A model generated the notes under the pieces. That model made no database searches. It was not told the origin of the DNA and saw nothing but the letters and a program-made list of their open reading frames with translations. This document shows, piece by piece, positions 1 to 8,830 of a stretch of 32,000 nt of DNA. Position numbers and translations under genes: made by a program. The stretch's first letter is position 1. The number at the start of each line of letters is the position of its first letter. The DNA comes from Bdellovibrionales bacterium (GTDB lineage: Bacteria > Bdellovibrionota > Bdellovibrionia > Bdellovibrionales > UBA1609). The stretch spans positions 540,001-572,000 of the forward strand of contig OY843585.1 of the NCBI GenBank assembly GCA_963692945.1. The letters run 5' to 3'.

Positions 1-269
1 AATTGCAATCCTCCTCATGTGAGATTTTTTATAGAGGATAGAACTCTTTATTGGGAATATGGAACGCTTTATGTTGTAAACACTATAAAGCAACATTCCT
101 TGTTTAATGCAAGTTCAGCTCAAGACAGTATCTGGCTTATAATCAATGCCAGAGTTTGTGAAGAGTCCATTAACTTTGTATCAAGTCATTTTAAGGAGAA
201 TTAAATTTTATTTGTTAAGAATCGATAGATATCCTGATCAATAAGAGAGAGAGTTATAAAGAAGTAATT

Positions 270-968
270 ATGAATCAAGATTCAATTATTTATTACATGA
301 AAGGACTAGGAAAAGTTTTAAGATCGGAATATTTTAAAACTGAGCATTCAAGAGTTCTTCAAGATTTACAAGATGCTACTTCTTTTGGTCAAGTCCGATC
401 TAAAGAATGGATACTGCAAATTCTAAAAGAAAAAAATATAAAAGATTTAGGTCAAATTTTTTTATGTGCTGGTTGGTATGGATTCTTGGCTTTTCTTTTA
501 TTGCAAGATACTTTCTTTTCTATTAAAAATATTTTTCTTTTTGAGAAAGACGAGTTAAGTGTAAAAGTTTCAGAACATATAAATTATTATTTTGTTCAAC
601 AAGAATGGAAATTTAAATCCACTTTTAAAGATATTTTAGATATTAACTATTCAGGTGATACTTTTAAAACTTTAAAGCCTAATGGAGAATTTGAAAAGAT
701 ATTTTCAGATCCAGATACAATCATCAATACTTCTTGCGAGCATATTAAGCAATTTGATGATTGGTGGGGTAAAATTCCAACTAAGAAATTAGTTATTTTA
801 CAAAGTAATAATTACAAAGAACTTGAAGAGCATGTAAATTGTGTTTCTTCTTTGAAAGAATTTAAAGAAAAAGCACCTATGAATCATTTGATATATGCAG
901 GATCTTTAAATTTAGAAAAATATACAAAACTAAAATATATACGTTTCATGTTAATAGGTTATAAGTAA
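270..968 (+). CDS. Hypothetical protein, possibly a class I SAM-dependent methyltransferase-like Rossmann fold
   Basis: The 232-aa ORF is first in a co-directional cluster. A glycine-rich stretch IFLCAGWYGFLA is followed by LFEKDE (acidic end of beta-2) and DTIINTSCEHI, resembling MTase motifs I, II and IV. The similarity is weak and judged by eye. Confidence 0.5.
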   Translation: MNQDSIIYYMKGLGKVLRSEYFKTEHSRVLQDLQDATSFGQVRSKEWILQILKEKNIKDLGQIFLCAGWYGFLAFLLLQDTFFSIKNIFLFEKDELSVKVSEHINYYFVQQEWKFKSTFKDILDINYSGDTFKTLKPNGEFEKIFSDPDTIINTSCEHIKQFDDWWGKIPTKKLVILQSNNYKELEEHVNCVSSLKEFKEKAPMNHLIYAGSLNLEKYTKLKYIRFMLIGYK

Positions 969-1043
969 GGTTAAATAAAAAACAACAAAAAGTATTATAT
1001 TTTACATTTGACCTTAATTTAGTTATATTATAGGGCTAAGTCT

Positions 1044-2537
1044 ATGAATCAGAAACCTAAAGTGGATGATTATGCATTTAATATGTCTCAAAATGAGGGT
1101 GCACCATCTTCTTGGTGTGTTTTGCCTTGGTCTCATATCAGTATTAAGAGGGACGGACAATTTAGAGTCTGTTGTTCGAGTAATGTTAGTAAGAATAAAG
1201 GTCTTTTAAGAAATAAAGAAGGGATGCCTTTTCATATAAGTAAGGATAAATGGGATGCTATTTTAAATAGTGAGATGATGAAGAGAATACGTAAAAATAT
1301 GCTTCAAGGAAAATGGAGTGAAGAGTGTAGGGGATGTAAAATTGAATATGAAAGTGATATGAGATCTAGTAATATTTCAAAACGTCATTATTTGGCCCAT
1401 AGACTGAAGAGTTCAGAGTATCCAAATTATATAAAAGCTAAAAAGTTAACAAAAGAAGATGGTTCAATATCACTTAAAGATTTTTCTATATCTTATTTAG
1501 ATATACGTTTTGGAAATCATTGCAATTTAAAATGTATGATGTGTGGTCCATCAGCTAGTAATAAATGGTATCAAGAGTATAAGGATATTTGGAAAGATGA
1601 TTTTTTTTGGGACGGAGATCAAAAAATAGATTTTATAAAAGGCTTTAATGGGAAACTAAAGGTAAATAAGCATATTTACGATTGGAGTGATGATTCTCAT
1701 TTATGGTTAGAAATTGAAAAATATTTAAATCAAATTAAAAAAATTTATCTAGCTGGAGGAGAGCCTTTACTTATTAAAGCTCATTATGATTTTCTAAAAA
1801 AATGTATAACTAAAAAGATCGCTTCTGAGATAGAGATAAACTACAACAGTAATATTACTCATATTCCAGATAAAGTTTTAGTTTTATGGAAGCATTTTAA
1901 ATCTATTTGTGTGGGTATGAGTATAGATGGTGTTGGTGAAATTAATGAATTGATTAGATATCCAAGTGATTGGAAAGAAATAGAGAATAATATTTTACGG
2001 CTTGATCAAATTGGTGGAAACCTTTCATTAAGTATAACTTCCACAATAAGTGTTTTAAATATTTGGCATTTACCAAAATTTCTTAATTATATTATGAAAA
2101 AAAATTATAAAACAATAAACAACTGGAATCTTGAGTTATTAACTAAGCCTCTTCCTCTTCATCAGCCACCGTATTTAAATTTAAATATTCTAGAGGATTC
2201 TTTTAAGGAAAAAATTGTTAAATATTTTAAAAATTGTAAGGAAGAGGTGAGGGAGTTTGACTGGGAAATTTCCAACAAGGATAACAAAATAAAAAGATAC
2301 TGTGAGATATTAGATCAGTATATAAATTATATGTATCAAGTTAAGTATGAAGAAAAAGTTTTAAGAAGTCATAGGGGTCAATTTATTTATTTTATGGATA
2401 AATTAGATCGTTTGAGAGGAACAAATTGGTCTAAAGTGTTACCAGAACTTTATGAGTCTACATTAGAGTGGAGAGATATCCTTAAATTAAAATCTTTTGA
2501 TAAAAAGTTTATTTATAAATCAGTTAAAATAAATTAA
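1044..2537 (+). CDS. Radical SAM enzyme with an N-terminal twitch/SPASM-like cysteine domain (copy 1)
   Basis: The canonical CxxxCxxC motif is present (FGNHCNLKCMMCGP). The N-terminal Cys pattern CVLPWSHISIKRDGQFRVCC...EECRGC resembles the Cx..PW..I...G....C / CxxC signature of SPASM/twitch auxiliary-cluster domains. That domain is normally C-terminal. AGGEPLL is a SAM-binding GGEP-type motif. Confidence 0.85.
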   Translation: MNQKPKVDDYAFNMSQNEGAPSSWCVLPWSHISIKRDGQFRVCCSSNVSKNKGLLRNKEGMPFHISKDKWDAILNSEMMKRIRKNMLQGKWSEECRGCKIEYESDMRSSNISKRHYLAHRLKSSEYPNYIKAKKLTKEDGSISLKDFSISYLDIRFGNHCNLKCMMCGPSASNKWYQEYKDIWKDDFFWDGDQKIDFIKGFNGKLKVNKHIYDWSDDSHLWLEIEKYLNQIKKIYLAGGEPLLIKAHYDFLKKCITKKIASEIEINYNSNITHIPDKVLVLWKHFKSICVGMSIDGVGEINELIRYPSDWKEIENNILRLDQIGGNLSLSITSTISVLNIWHLPKFLNYIMKKNYKTINNWNLELLTKPLPLHQPPYLNLNILEDSFKEKIVKYFKNCKEEVREFDWEISNKDNKIKRYCEILDQYINYMYQVKYEEKVLRSHRGQFIYFMDKLDRLRGTNWSKVLPELYESTLEWRDILKLKSFDKKFIYKSVKIN

Positions 2538-2540
2538 TAA

Positions 2541-3575
2541 ATGAAAAATTTGTTTTTTTTGTTTTTATTAAGTGTTTCTACATCTTGTAAAAAAGAATGT
2601 TGGGATGATAATATAGATTTTATAAAAATGGAGGAACATTTTGTTACTGGAAAAGTAAAAAAAGAAATTCTATTTAATGATTATTTTCCAGAATATAAAA
2701 AACGGAAAAGAGAAAAATATAAAATCTTATTTTATGAAGGAAAAACAAAAAAGTCAGATGATATAATGGTTTTCGAAAAAGCTACAGATATTAAAAGTTT
2801 GAATAATTCTATATTTTTATATAATTTTTCTAAATATATGGAATTGTCTTTTATTCCACCTAGTGTGTTGGTGAAAAAAAAGTATGATTATCCTGTACTT
2901 TTACAACTTTTTATTAATCAACCTGTAAAAATTCTAGGGGAATTTGAAGATTTTAAAAATAAAATAAGTTTAGAGGATAAAAGTGATTTATATATTTTTA
3001 ATTTTATAGCTGGAAAACTGGATGTGAGTAAATGGAATTTATTATATGACCCAAAATGTAATAAAATTATTTCTATTGATAACGATTATAGAGAAATAAG
3101 TTATATTAAGTATGGAGATTATCCTTTTATTGCTCACAGAATTATAAATGAGAAAAGCCAATCTCTTTCTGTTAAGGACTATGAAAATTTTCCTCTTGAT
3201 AAAGTAACAAAATTAACAGTGTCTCAATTTTTTAATTCTATTGTATGGTCTAGTTTATCATATTCAGATAAAATTAAGAGGAGACATGCTAAAGAAATAA
3301 TGCGTAAAAATTATTTAACAGATGATAAGATTTATTATGTAAAATATAAGGGTAGATATTGGATCAAGGACAATAGAATAATACTAAGATATTTCTATAA
3401 AGAAATAGGTGGTATGACTAAAGTTTTTTCTAGAAAAACTATTGGTAAGTTAAAATCTCTTAATAGAGAAATGTTAAAAAAATTAAGTAACAATATTTTG
3501 AGTGAAGATGAAATTGTGGGAATTCTTTATAGGAGAGATATTATCTTAAAAGAATCTGAAAAAATAAACTTGTAA
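2541..3575 (+). CDS. Putative lipoprotein with an atypical (PI3/PI4-kinase-like) kinase catalytic motif
   Basis: The N-terminus MKNLFFLFLLSVSTSC has a signal peptide followed by a Cys. The internal segment FNFIAGKLDVSKWNLLYDPKCNKIISIDND resembles a DxxxxN catalytic loop plus an IDN metal-binding motif of atypical kinases. The ATG lies 4 nt after the upstream stop, so the gene is operonic. Confidence 0.6.
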   Translation: MKNLFFLFLLSVSTSCKKECWDDNIDFIKMEEHFVTGKVKKEILFNDYFPEYKKRKREKYKILFYEGKTKKSDDIMVFEKATDIKSLNNSIFLYNFSKYMELSFIPPSVLVKKKYDYPVLLQLFINQPVKILGEFEDFKNKISLEDKSDLYIFNFIAGKLDVSKWNLLYDPKCNKIISIDNDYREISYIKYGDYPFIAHRIINEKSQSLSVKDYENFPLDKVTKLTVSQFFNSIVWSSLSYSDKIKRRHAKEIMRKNYLTDDKIYYVKYKGRYWIKDNRIILRYFYKEIGGMTKVFSRKTIGKLKSLNREMLKKLSNNILSEDEIVGILYRRDIILKESEKINL

Positions 3576-3634
3576 TAACAAGTTTAAGAGAAATCTAATT
3601 GACCTTAATTTAGTTATATTATAGGGCTAAGTCT

Positions 3635-5128
3635 ATGGATCAGAAACCTAAACTGGATGATTATGCATTTAATATGTCTCAAAATGAGGGTGCACCATCT
3701 TCTTGGTGTGTTTTGCCTTGGTCTCATATTAATATTAAAGAGAAAGGGGAGTTTAGAATTTGTTGTCATAGTAACTCCAGTAAGAATAAAGGTCTTTTAA
3801 GAAATAAAGAAGGGATGCCTTTTCATATAAGTAAGGATAAATGGGATGCTATTTTCAATAGTGAGATGATGAAAAGAGTACGTAAAAATATGCTTCAAGG
3901 AAAATGGAGTGAAGAATGTAGGAGATGTAAAATTGAATATGAAAGTGATATGAGATCTAGAAACATTTGTGAGCGTAGTCACTTGGCCCATAGACTTAAG
4001 AGTTCAGAGTATCCAAATTATATAAAAGCTAAAAAGTTAACAAAAAAAGATGGTTCAATATTACTTAAAGATTTTTCTATATCTTATTTAGATATACGTT
4101 TTGGAAATCATTGCAATTTAAAATGTATGATGTGTGGTCCATCAGCTAGTAATAAATGGTATCAAGAGTATAAGGATATTTGGAAAGATGATTTTTTTTG
4201 GGACGGAGATCAAAAAATAGATTTTATAAAAGGCTTTAATGGGAAACTAAAGGTAAATAAGCATATTTACGATTGGAGTGATGATTCTCATTTATGGTTA
4301 GAAATTGAAAAATATTTAAATCAAGCTAAAGTCATTTATCTGGCTGGAGGAGAGCCTTTACTTATTAAAGCTCATTATGATTTTCTAAAAAAATGTATAA
4401 CTAAAAAGATCGCTTCTGAGGTATCGATAAACTACAACAGTAATATTACTCATATACCAGATAAAGTTTTAGTTTTATGGAAGCATTTTAAATCTATTTG
4501 TGTGGGTATGAGTATAGATGGTGTTGGTGAAATTAATGAATTGATTAGATATCCAAGTGATTGGAAAGAAATAGAGAATAATATTTTACGGCTTGATCAA
4601 ATTGGTGGAAACCTTTTATTAAGTATAACTTCCACAATAAGTGTTTTAAATATTTGGCATTTACCAAAATTTCTTAATTATATTATGAAAAAAAATTATA
4701 AAACAATAAACAACTGGAATGATAAATTATTATTAAACCCTCACCCTCTTCATCAGCCACCGTATTTAAATTTAAATATTCTAGAAGATTCTTTTAAGGA
4801 AAAAATTGTTAAATATTTTAAAAATTGTAAGGAAGAGGTGAGGGAGTTTGACTGGGAAATTTCCAACAAGGATAACAAAATAAAAAGATACTGTGAGATA
4901 CTAGATCAGTATATAAATTATATGTATCAAGTTAAGTATGAAGAAAAGGTTTTAAGAAGTCATAGGGGTCAATTTATTTATTTTATGGATAAATTAGATC
5001 GTTTGAGAGGAACAAATTGGTCTAAAGTGTTACCAGAACTTTATGAGTCTACATTAGAGTGGAGAGATATCCTTAAATTAAAATCTTTTGATAAAAAGTT
5101 TATTTATAAATCAGTTAAAATAAATTAA
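3635..5128 (+). CDS. Radical SAM enzyme with an N-terminal twitch/SPASM-like cysteine domain (copy 2, paralog of 1044..2537)
   Basis: Length is the same (497 aa), with about 29 substitutions versus copy 1 by manual alignment. The CNLKCMMC motif is identical. The upstream 36 bp and the downstream TAATAAATGAAAAATTT are also duplicated at an offset of 2,591 bp. Confidence 0.85.
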   Translation: MDQKPKLDDYAFNMSQNEGAPSSWCVLPWSHINIKEKGEFRICCHSNSSKNKGLLRNKEGMPFHISKDKWDAIFNSEMMKRVRKNMLQGKWSEECRRCKIEYESDMRSRNICERSHLAHRLKSSEYPNYIKAKKLTKKDGSILLKDFSISYLDIRFGNHCNLKCMMCGPSASNKWYQEYKDIWKDDFFWDGDQKIDFIKGFNGKLKVNKHIYDWSDDSHLWLEIEKYLNQAKVIYLAGGEPLLIKAHYDFLKKCITKKIASEVSINYNSNITHIPDKVLVLWKHFKSICVGMSIDGVGEINELIRYPSDWKEIENNILRLDQIGGNLLLSITSTISVLNIWHLPKFLNYIMKKNYKTINNWNDKLLLNPHPLHQPPYLNLNILEDSFKEKIVKYFKNCKEEVREFDWEISNKDNKIKRYCEILDQYINYMYQVKYEEKVLRSHRGQFIYFMDKLDRLRGTNWSKVLPELYESTLEWRDILKLKSFDKKFIYKSVKIN

Positions 5129-5131
5129 TAA

Positions 5132-6565
5132 ATGAAAAATTTAAAAAATCTCTTTAAACTTCATGTTTTGACAAAAGATTTGAGAGTGCCTTTTGATTTA
5201 AATATAGCACGTTCTCTTTTTTATTTTTTAGTTTTACAAAAAGTTTTAGAGCAAATTGATAGGTTTACAAATATAACCTATTCTTATCAGTCTTTTCTTA
5301 AAGTTTTTTGGACTCCAAGTTATTTATTTCAATTTTATCCTAGAGATTTATTATTATCTTGGGGAGAGATATATTTTATTTACTTACTTTTTTGCATTTC
5401 ACTTTTTTTCTGTATGATAGGTCTATATACAAGGTTTTTTAGTATCATTACTGCTATATTAGCACTTTTTTGTTTTGGATATATGCAACAGTTTGGAAAA
5501 ATTGACACAGAATTTACATTGCCTATTATTATTCTATTTGTTCTAGCATTTTTTTCTCAAATGAGTTCATCTTATTCATTACAAAATTTTTTAAAATTTA
5601 AGAATAAAAAAAAATTAATCAAAAGTTACGATTTATTTTGGAATCAGGTGACATTAAAATTCATATCAATCTTGCTTTTGCTTTTTTATTTTATAAGTGG
5701 TGTTCAAAAAATAAGATTTTCTGGTTTTGAATGGATTACAAAGGCTGAAATATTAAATGAAGCTCTTGTATGGCTTGGGCATCCTTATGGAGAGTATCTT
5801 GCACAGTTTCCTTCATGTGTGAAAATTCTTGCTTTTTTTGTTATACTTATTCAAATTTTATCTTTTATACCTATTATATTACCTCGTTTAATTCCTTATT
5901 GGGCCATTTTACTGGTTATTAGTTTTCATTTATTTTTGGATATGTTTATATCACAACATTATTTTTATCTTTATATTTACACATTTGTATTTTTAGTTCC
6001 ATGGTCAAGGCTCTTCTATATCTTATCTAGAGGAGAAATTAATATAGGTGGTTTATTAGAAAATTACTCTTTAATTTTTCTTTTTAAGAAAACTATCTTC
6101 AAACAAAGAATCCTTCTTTTAAAATTAATTGGAATAATAACTATTTTAGGATTTTTTATAGTAGCTCCAATTTTAGGAACTAAAAAATTATATCCTTTTC
6201 CAAAAATATCTATGTATTCTTATCCATTAGAAAGAGACAATCATGAGAATATAATAAAATTTTTTATATTTAAAAAAAATAAAAAAAGTAAGGATATTAT
6301 ATCTCATAATGAATTATGGCCTATCAGAAGAGATGTATTTATTTCTTATATAAAAAAACTTTACAAACAAAAAGAATATGAAAAAATTAAAATTATTATT
6401 AATAGGTTAAAAGAAAATCAGCCTTTCTTAATGAGATCAGATCTTAGCACTTTTAAGAATTATGATGAAATACTTATAGAGGCCTGTTATTGGAAAAATC
6501 TTGATATTTATTTTAAGAAAAAAAATCCAACAAATTGTGAAATTCTATTAAAAATAAAATTGTAA
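5132..6565 (+). CDS. Polytopic membrane protein, possibly HTTM (vitamin-K gamma-carboxylase-like) domain
   Basis: The 477-aa protein has many hydrophobic segments in its first ~340 aa. The N-terminal DLNIARSLFYFLVL resembles the D..sLA.FRi motif that opens HTTM domains. The C-terminal ~130 aa is a soluble Lys-rich domain. The family call is tentative. Confidence 0.6.
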   Translation: MKNLKNLFKLHVLTKDLRVPFDLNIARSLFYFLVLQKVLEQIDRFTNITYSYQSFLKVFWTPSYLFQFYPRDLLLSWGEIYFIYLLFCISLFFCMIGLYTRFFSIITAILALFCFGYMQQFGKIDTEFTLPIIILFVLAFFSQMSSSYSLQNFLKFKNKKKLIKSYDLFWNQVTLKFISILLLLFYFISGVQKIRFSGFEWITKAEILNEALVWLGHPYGEYLAQFPSCVKILAFFVILIQILSFIPIILPRLIPYWAILLVISFHLFLDMFISQHYFYLYIYTFVFLVPWSRLFYILSRGEINIGGLLENYSLIFLFKKTIFKQRILLLKLIGIITILGFFIVAPILGTKKLYPFPKISMYSYPLERDNHENIIKFFIFKKNKKSKDIISHNELWPIRRDVFISYIKKLYKQKEYEKIKIIINRLKENQPFLMRSDLSTFKNYDEILIEACYWKNLDIYFKKKNPTNCEILLKIKL

Positions 6566-6624
6566 ATGTCTAAAAAAAGACTTTTAATACTTGAAATTTT
6601 CATTTATATTTATACAATAAAAAA

Positions 6625-7173
6625 ATGGATATAGAATTAAGAAATAAACTAAAAGAGTATTGTATTCCACTTATGCCTCTACCAAAACCCTTACAGAATG
6701 TGGATTATGAAAAGTTGATACATATATTTGAACAAAATTCTTCTAAACTTAAAAAACTATCCTATAAACATACTATTAAAGGTACTAAAAAATCTATAGA
6801 TCAATTTTTTTATGAAATGTATTTTTCTTATCATGAATTTAATTATCTCTTTAAAGATATGATTCCCTTGAAGTGTCTAGGATATATGTATGTATATATA
6901 TCACCTAATTATGAAATACCTATCCACAAAGATACAGGATATGCAAAAACAAAATTGGGATTCTTTCTAAAAGGCAATGCTCCCATTCGTTTTTATCAAA
7001 ATGAGCATAGTTCTTCTTTTTTAGGTGAGTATAATTATGTATCTCCTTGTTGTATTAATGTGCTAAATTATCATAATGTTTCTAATAACCATTTAGAAAG
7101 ATTAACTTTTTTTCTTCAGTTTGAGGAAGATTATAAAGAAGTTTATAAAAAAGTAACAAATATTTATTCTTAA
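6625..7173 (+). CDS. Cupin/2OG-Fe(II) oxygenase-like protein (aspartyl/asparaginyl beta-hydroxylase / LpxO-like)
   Basis: An HxD motif (PIHKDTG) is followed by LGFFL, then NYHNVSNNHLERLTFFLQF. This resembles the H.v.N.s...R..L end of the Asp/Asn beta-hydroxylase family. Judged by eye only. Confidence 0.55.
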   Translation: MDIELRNKLKEYCIPLMPLPKPLQNVDYEKLIHIFEQNSSKLKKLSYKHTIKGTKKSIDQFFYEMYFSYHEFNYLFKDMIPLKCLGYMYVYISPNYEIPIHKDTGYAKTKLGFFLKGNAPIRFYQNEHSSSFLGEYNYVSPCCINVLNYHNVSNNHLERLTFFLQFEEDYKEVYKKVTNIYS

Positions 7174-7174
7174 A

Positions 7175-8083
7175 ATGATTTCTATCAATCATTTTAATAA
7201 GAAGACCTATGAAATTCCTGACAAAGAGATAGATTGTTTTCTTTCTAAAATCAATTCTTCCCAAGCTTTAAAATTTGTAAGAGATAAAAACACAGATAAA
7301 AAATTCATTGAGACTTATAGAAATTGGCTTTTTTCCAATAAAAATTATATGATGAATTCATTAGATGAAAAAAAATTTAATTCCTATATAATTTCTGGAA
7401 TAACACAAAGTTTCCATGATTTTTATCAAATACATCATAATAAAATTTTAAAAGTCAGACGAGGGGAGTATCCCTATCATAAGGTTTTTTTTAAATCTAT
7501 AGGAAGAAAATGGGGTTGGATTGAAGACGAGGGGCTTCATTCAAATGATTTTGTCATCATCTCTTATCCCTTTAGTGGTAATGGAAGTATAGGACATGAA
7601 ACTAAAGAGATTCTGAATTTATGCAATAGGTATCAAGTTCCTGTTTTATTAGATTGTTGTTTTTGGGGGTTATCTAGCCCCTTATCTATTGATTTAACAG
7701 AATATCCTTGCATTGAAATAGTTTCTTTTTCTTTATCAAAATTTTTTAATATTGGAAGATTACGTATAGGCATGATGTATTCTAAATATAAGGAACAGGC
7801 TTCAGGAGCTATCCTCGGTCCTTATAACTATGTCAATAGCTGGTCAGCTTATATTGCTTTTGAACTTATGAATCATTTTCCTATTAATTATATGTATAAT
7901 AAATACAGAAAGGCTCAAAAAGCAGTATGCAAAGAACTTCATATAGAGCCTTCAGAAACTTTATTTTTTGGATTAAGTAAAGAAGAAAAATGGAAAGATT
8001 TTTCTCGTGATGGAGTTTTTAATCGGATTTATCTTTCAGAGGCTATCTCTCAGTTTGTTCTTTCGCAGAGTATGGATAAATAA
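7175..8083 (+). CDS. PLP-dependent (aminotransferase class I/II fold-like) enzyme, short form
   Basis: VSFSLSKFFNIGRLRIGMMY matches the SxSK....G.R.G pyridoxal-lysine motif of fold-type I aminotransferases. The preceding VLLDCCFWG matches the acidic residue at the end of the beta-strand before the Lys. The start is 1 nt after the upstream stop. Confidence 0.6.
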   Translation: MISINHFNKKTYEIPDKEIDCFLSKINSSQALKFVRDKNTDKKFIETYRNWLFSNKNYMMNSLDEKKFNSYIISGITQSFHDFYQIHHNKILKVRRGEYPYHKVFFKSIGRKWGWIEDEGLHSNDFVIISYPFSGNGSIGHETKEILNLCNRYQVPVLLDCCFWGLSSPLSIDLTEYPCIEIVSFSLSKFFNIGRLRIGMMYSKYKEQASGAILGPYNYVNSWSAYIAFELMNHFPINYMYNKYRKAQKAVCKELHIEPSETLFFGLSKEEKWKDFSRDGVFNRIYLSEAISQFVLSQSMDK

Positions 8084-8150
8084 TCTGTTGTATTTTATGG
8101 ATCTTAATATGAGGAAGTGTAAAACGCTGAACTAGAATCTAGTAGAGGAC

Positions 8151-8510
8151 TTAACTTGCTTTTTCAAAGTATTTGCTTTGATTTTTCAAATCTATCAGAT
8201 CAATAATACCTGTTATTTCTTTTCGGGTTCTGCTTTTTTTCCATTTTAAAACTTGATTGAGTATTTTTTTGTTAAGACTCTTCATGAGTTGAGAAATAGT
8301 TTCTCCTGAAGTATGTGAAAAGAAAGTTTTTTTATTTGTTTTGATTTCTAATTTGCCTATAAATTTATTTTTTTGATACTGCAAATCTATACGAATGACA
8401 GAATTGCAAGGGATTTTTTGAACGAGAGTATCTACCATGTTTTGAATGACTCTGTTTTGTTTTTGGTTCAGATTATAATGATGTGTAAAAATTTGAAAAT
8501 TTTCTAACAT
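8151..8510 (-). CDS. hpf: Ribosome hibernation/HPF-RaiA (S30AE) family-like protein
   Basis: The 119-aa ORF has a strong AGGAGG RBS 7 nt upstream of the ATG. Its alternating beta-alpha-beta pattern and C-terminal basic helix (KKILNQVLKWKKSRTRK) resemble HPF/YfiA. Confidence 0.5.
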   Translation of the reverse strand: MLENFQIFTHHYNLNQKQNRVIQNMVDTLVQKIPCNSVIRIDLQYQKNKFIGKLEIKTNKKTFFSHTSGETISQLMKSLNKKILNQVLKWKKSRTRKEITGIIDLIDLKNQSKYFEKAS

Positions 8511-8636
8511 ATTTTTTCCTCCTTTTTGAACTAGATATCTTAATAATAAATGATGTAAAAAAAGAATTGGGAATTTTTGTCAAAATTCTCAAAAAAGGAA
8601 GTGTTTTAACCTAAATTAAGAATCTCATAATTGAGA

Positions 8637-8823
8637 CAAAACTCTATTTCAAACATAAGCCTGTTAAGTAACTCTTATTTTAACGAGATTTGAAGATCTT
8701 ACCCATATGCGAAAACCAGCAGGTTTTCTCTATGTTTAAATCTTTTATTTTCACGAGATTTGAAGAACATCTCTCCTGTGATGAAAAGCTCGTGAAAATA
8801 AAAATTCACACACTAGAGTTTTG
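8637..8823. repeat. Intergenic modular repeat element (locus A), bounded by CAAAACTCTA ... TAGAGTTTTG
   Basis: Terminal inverted repeats are at 8637-8646 and 8814-8823. A 15-bp hairpin (8743-8757 / 8789-8803) encloses a 31-nt loop. A reverse-orientation copy of the GAAAACC-NNNN-GGTTTTC module is at 8711-8730. The modules match those at 13806-13961 and 14846-15361. Confidence 0.8.
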
Positions 8824-8830
8824 ACAGAGT

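Noticed and set aside
19-204. 61-aa ORF at the window start, considered as a precursor peptide for the rSAM cluster
   Set aside because: It has a GTG start, no RBS, and no leader/core-like or Cys/Ser/Thr-rich pattern. It cannot be supported from sequence alone.
3797-3991. Other short overlapping ORFs: 3797..3991, 7082..7264, 11245..11475, 12821..13012, 14102..14296, 15476..15760, 15842..16075, 16113..16388, 18427..18621 and 28209..28469
   Set aside because: Each is antisense to, or out of frame with, a longer ORF that has recognisable motifs. This is typical AT-rich noise.
6566-6634. 22-codon mini-ORF bridging the HTTM-like and oxygenase-like genes (MSKKRLLILEIFIYIYTIKKWI)
   Set aside because: It has no RBS and is composed of A/T-rich codons expected by chance. 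I considered it as a precursor peptide but nothing supports that.
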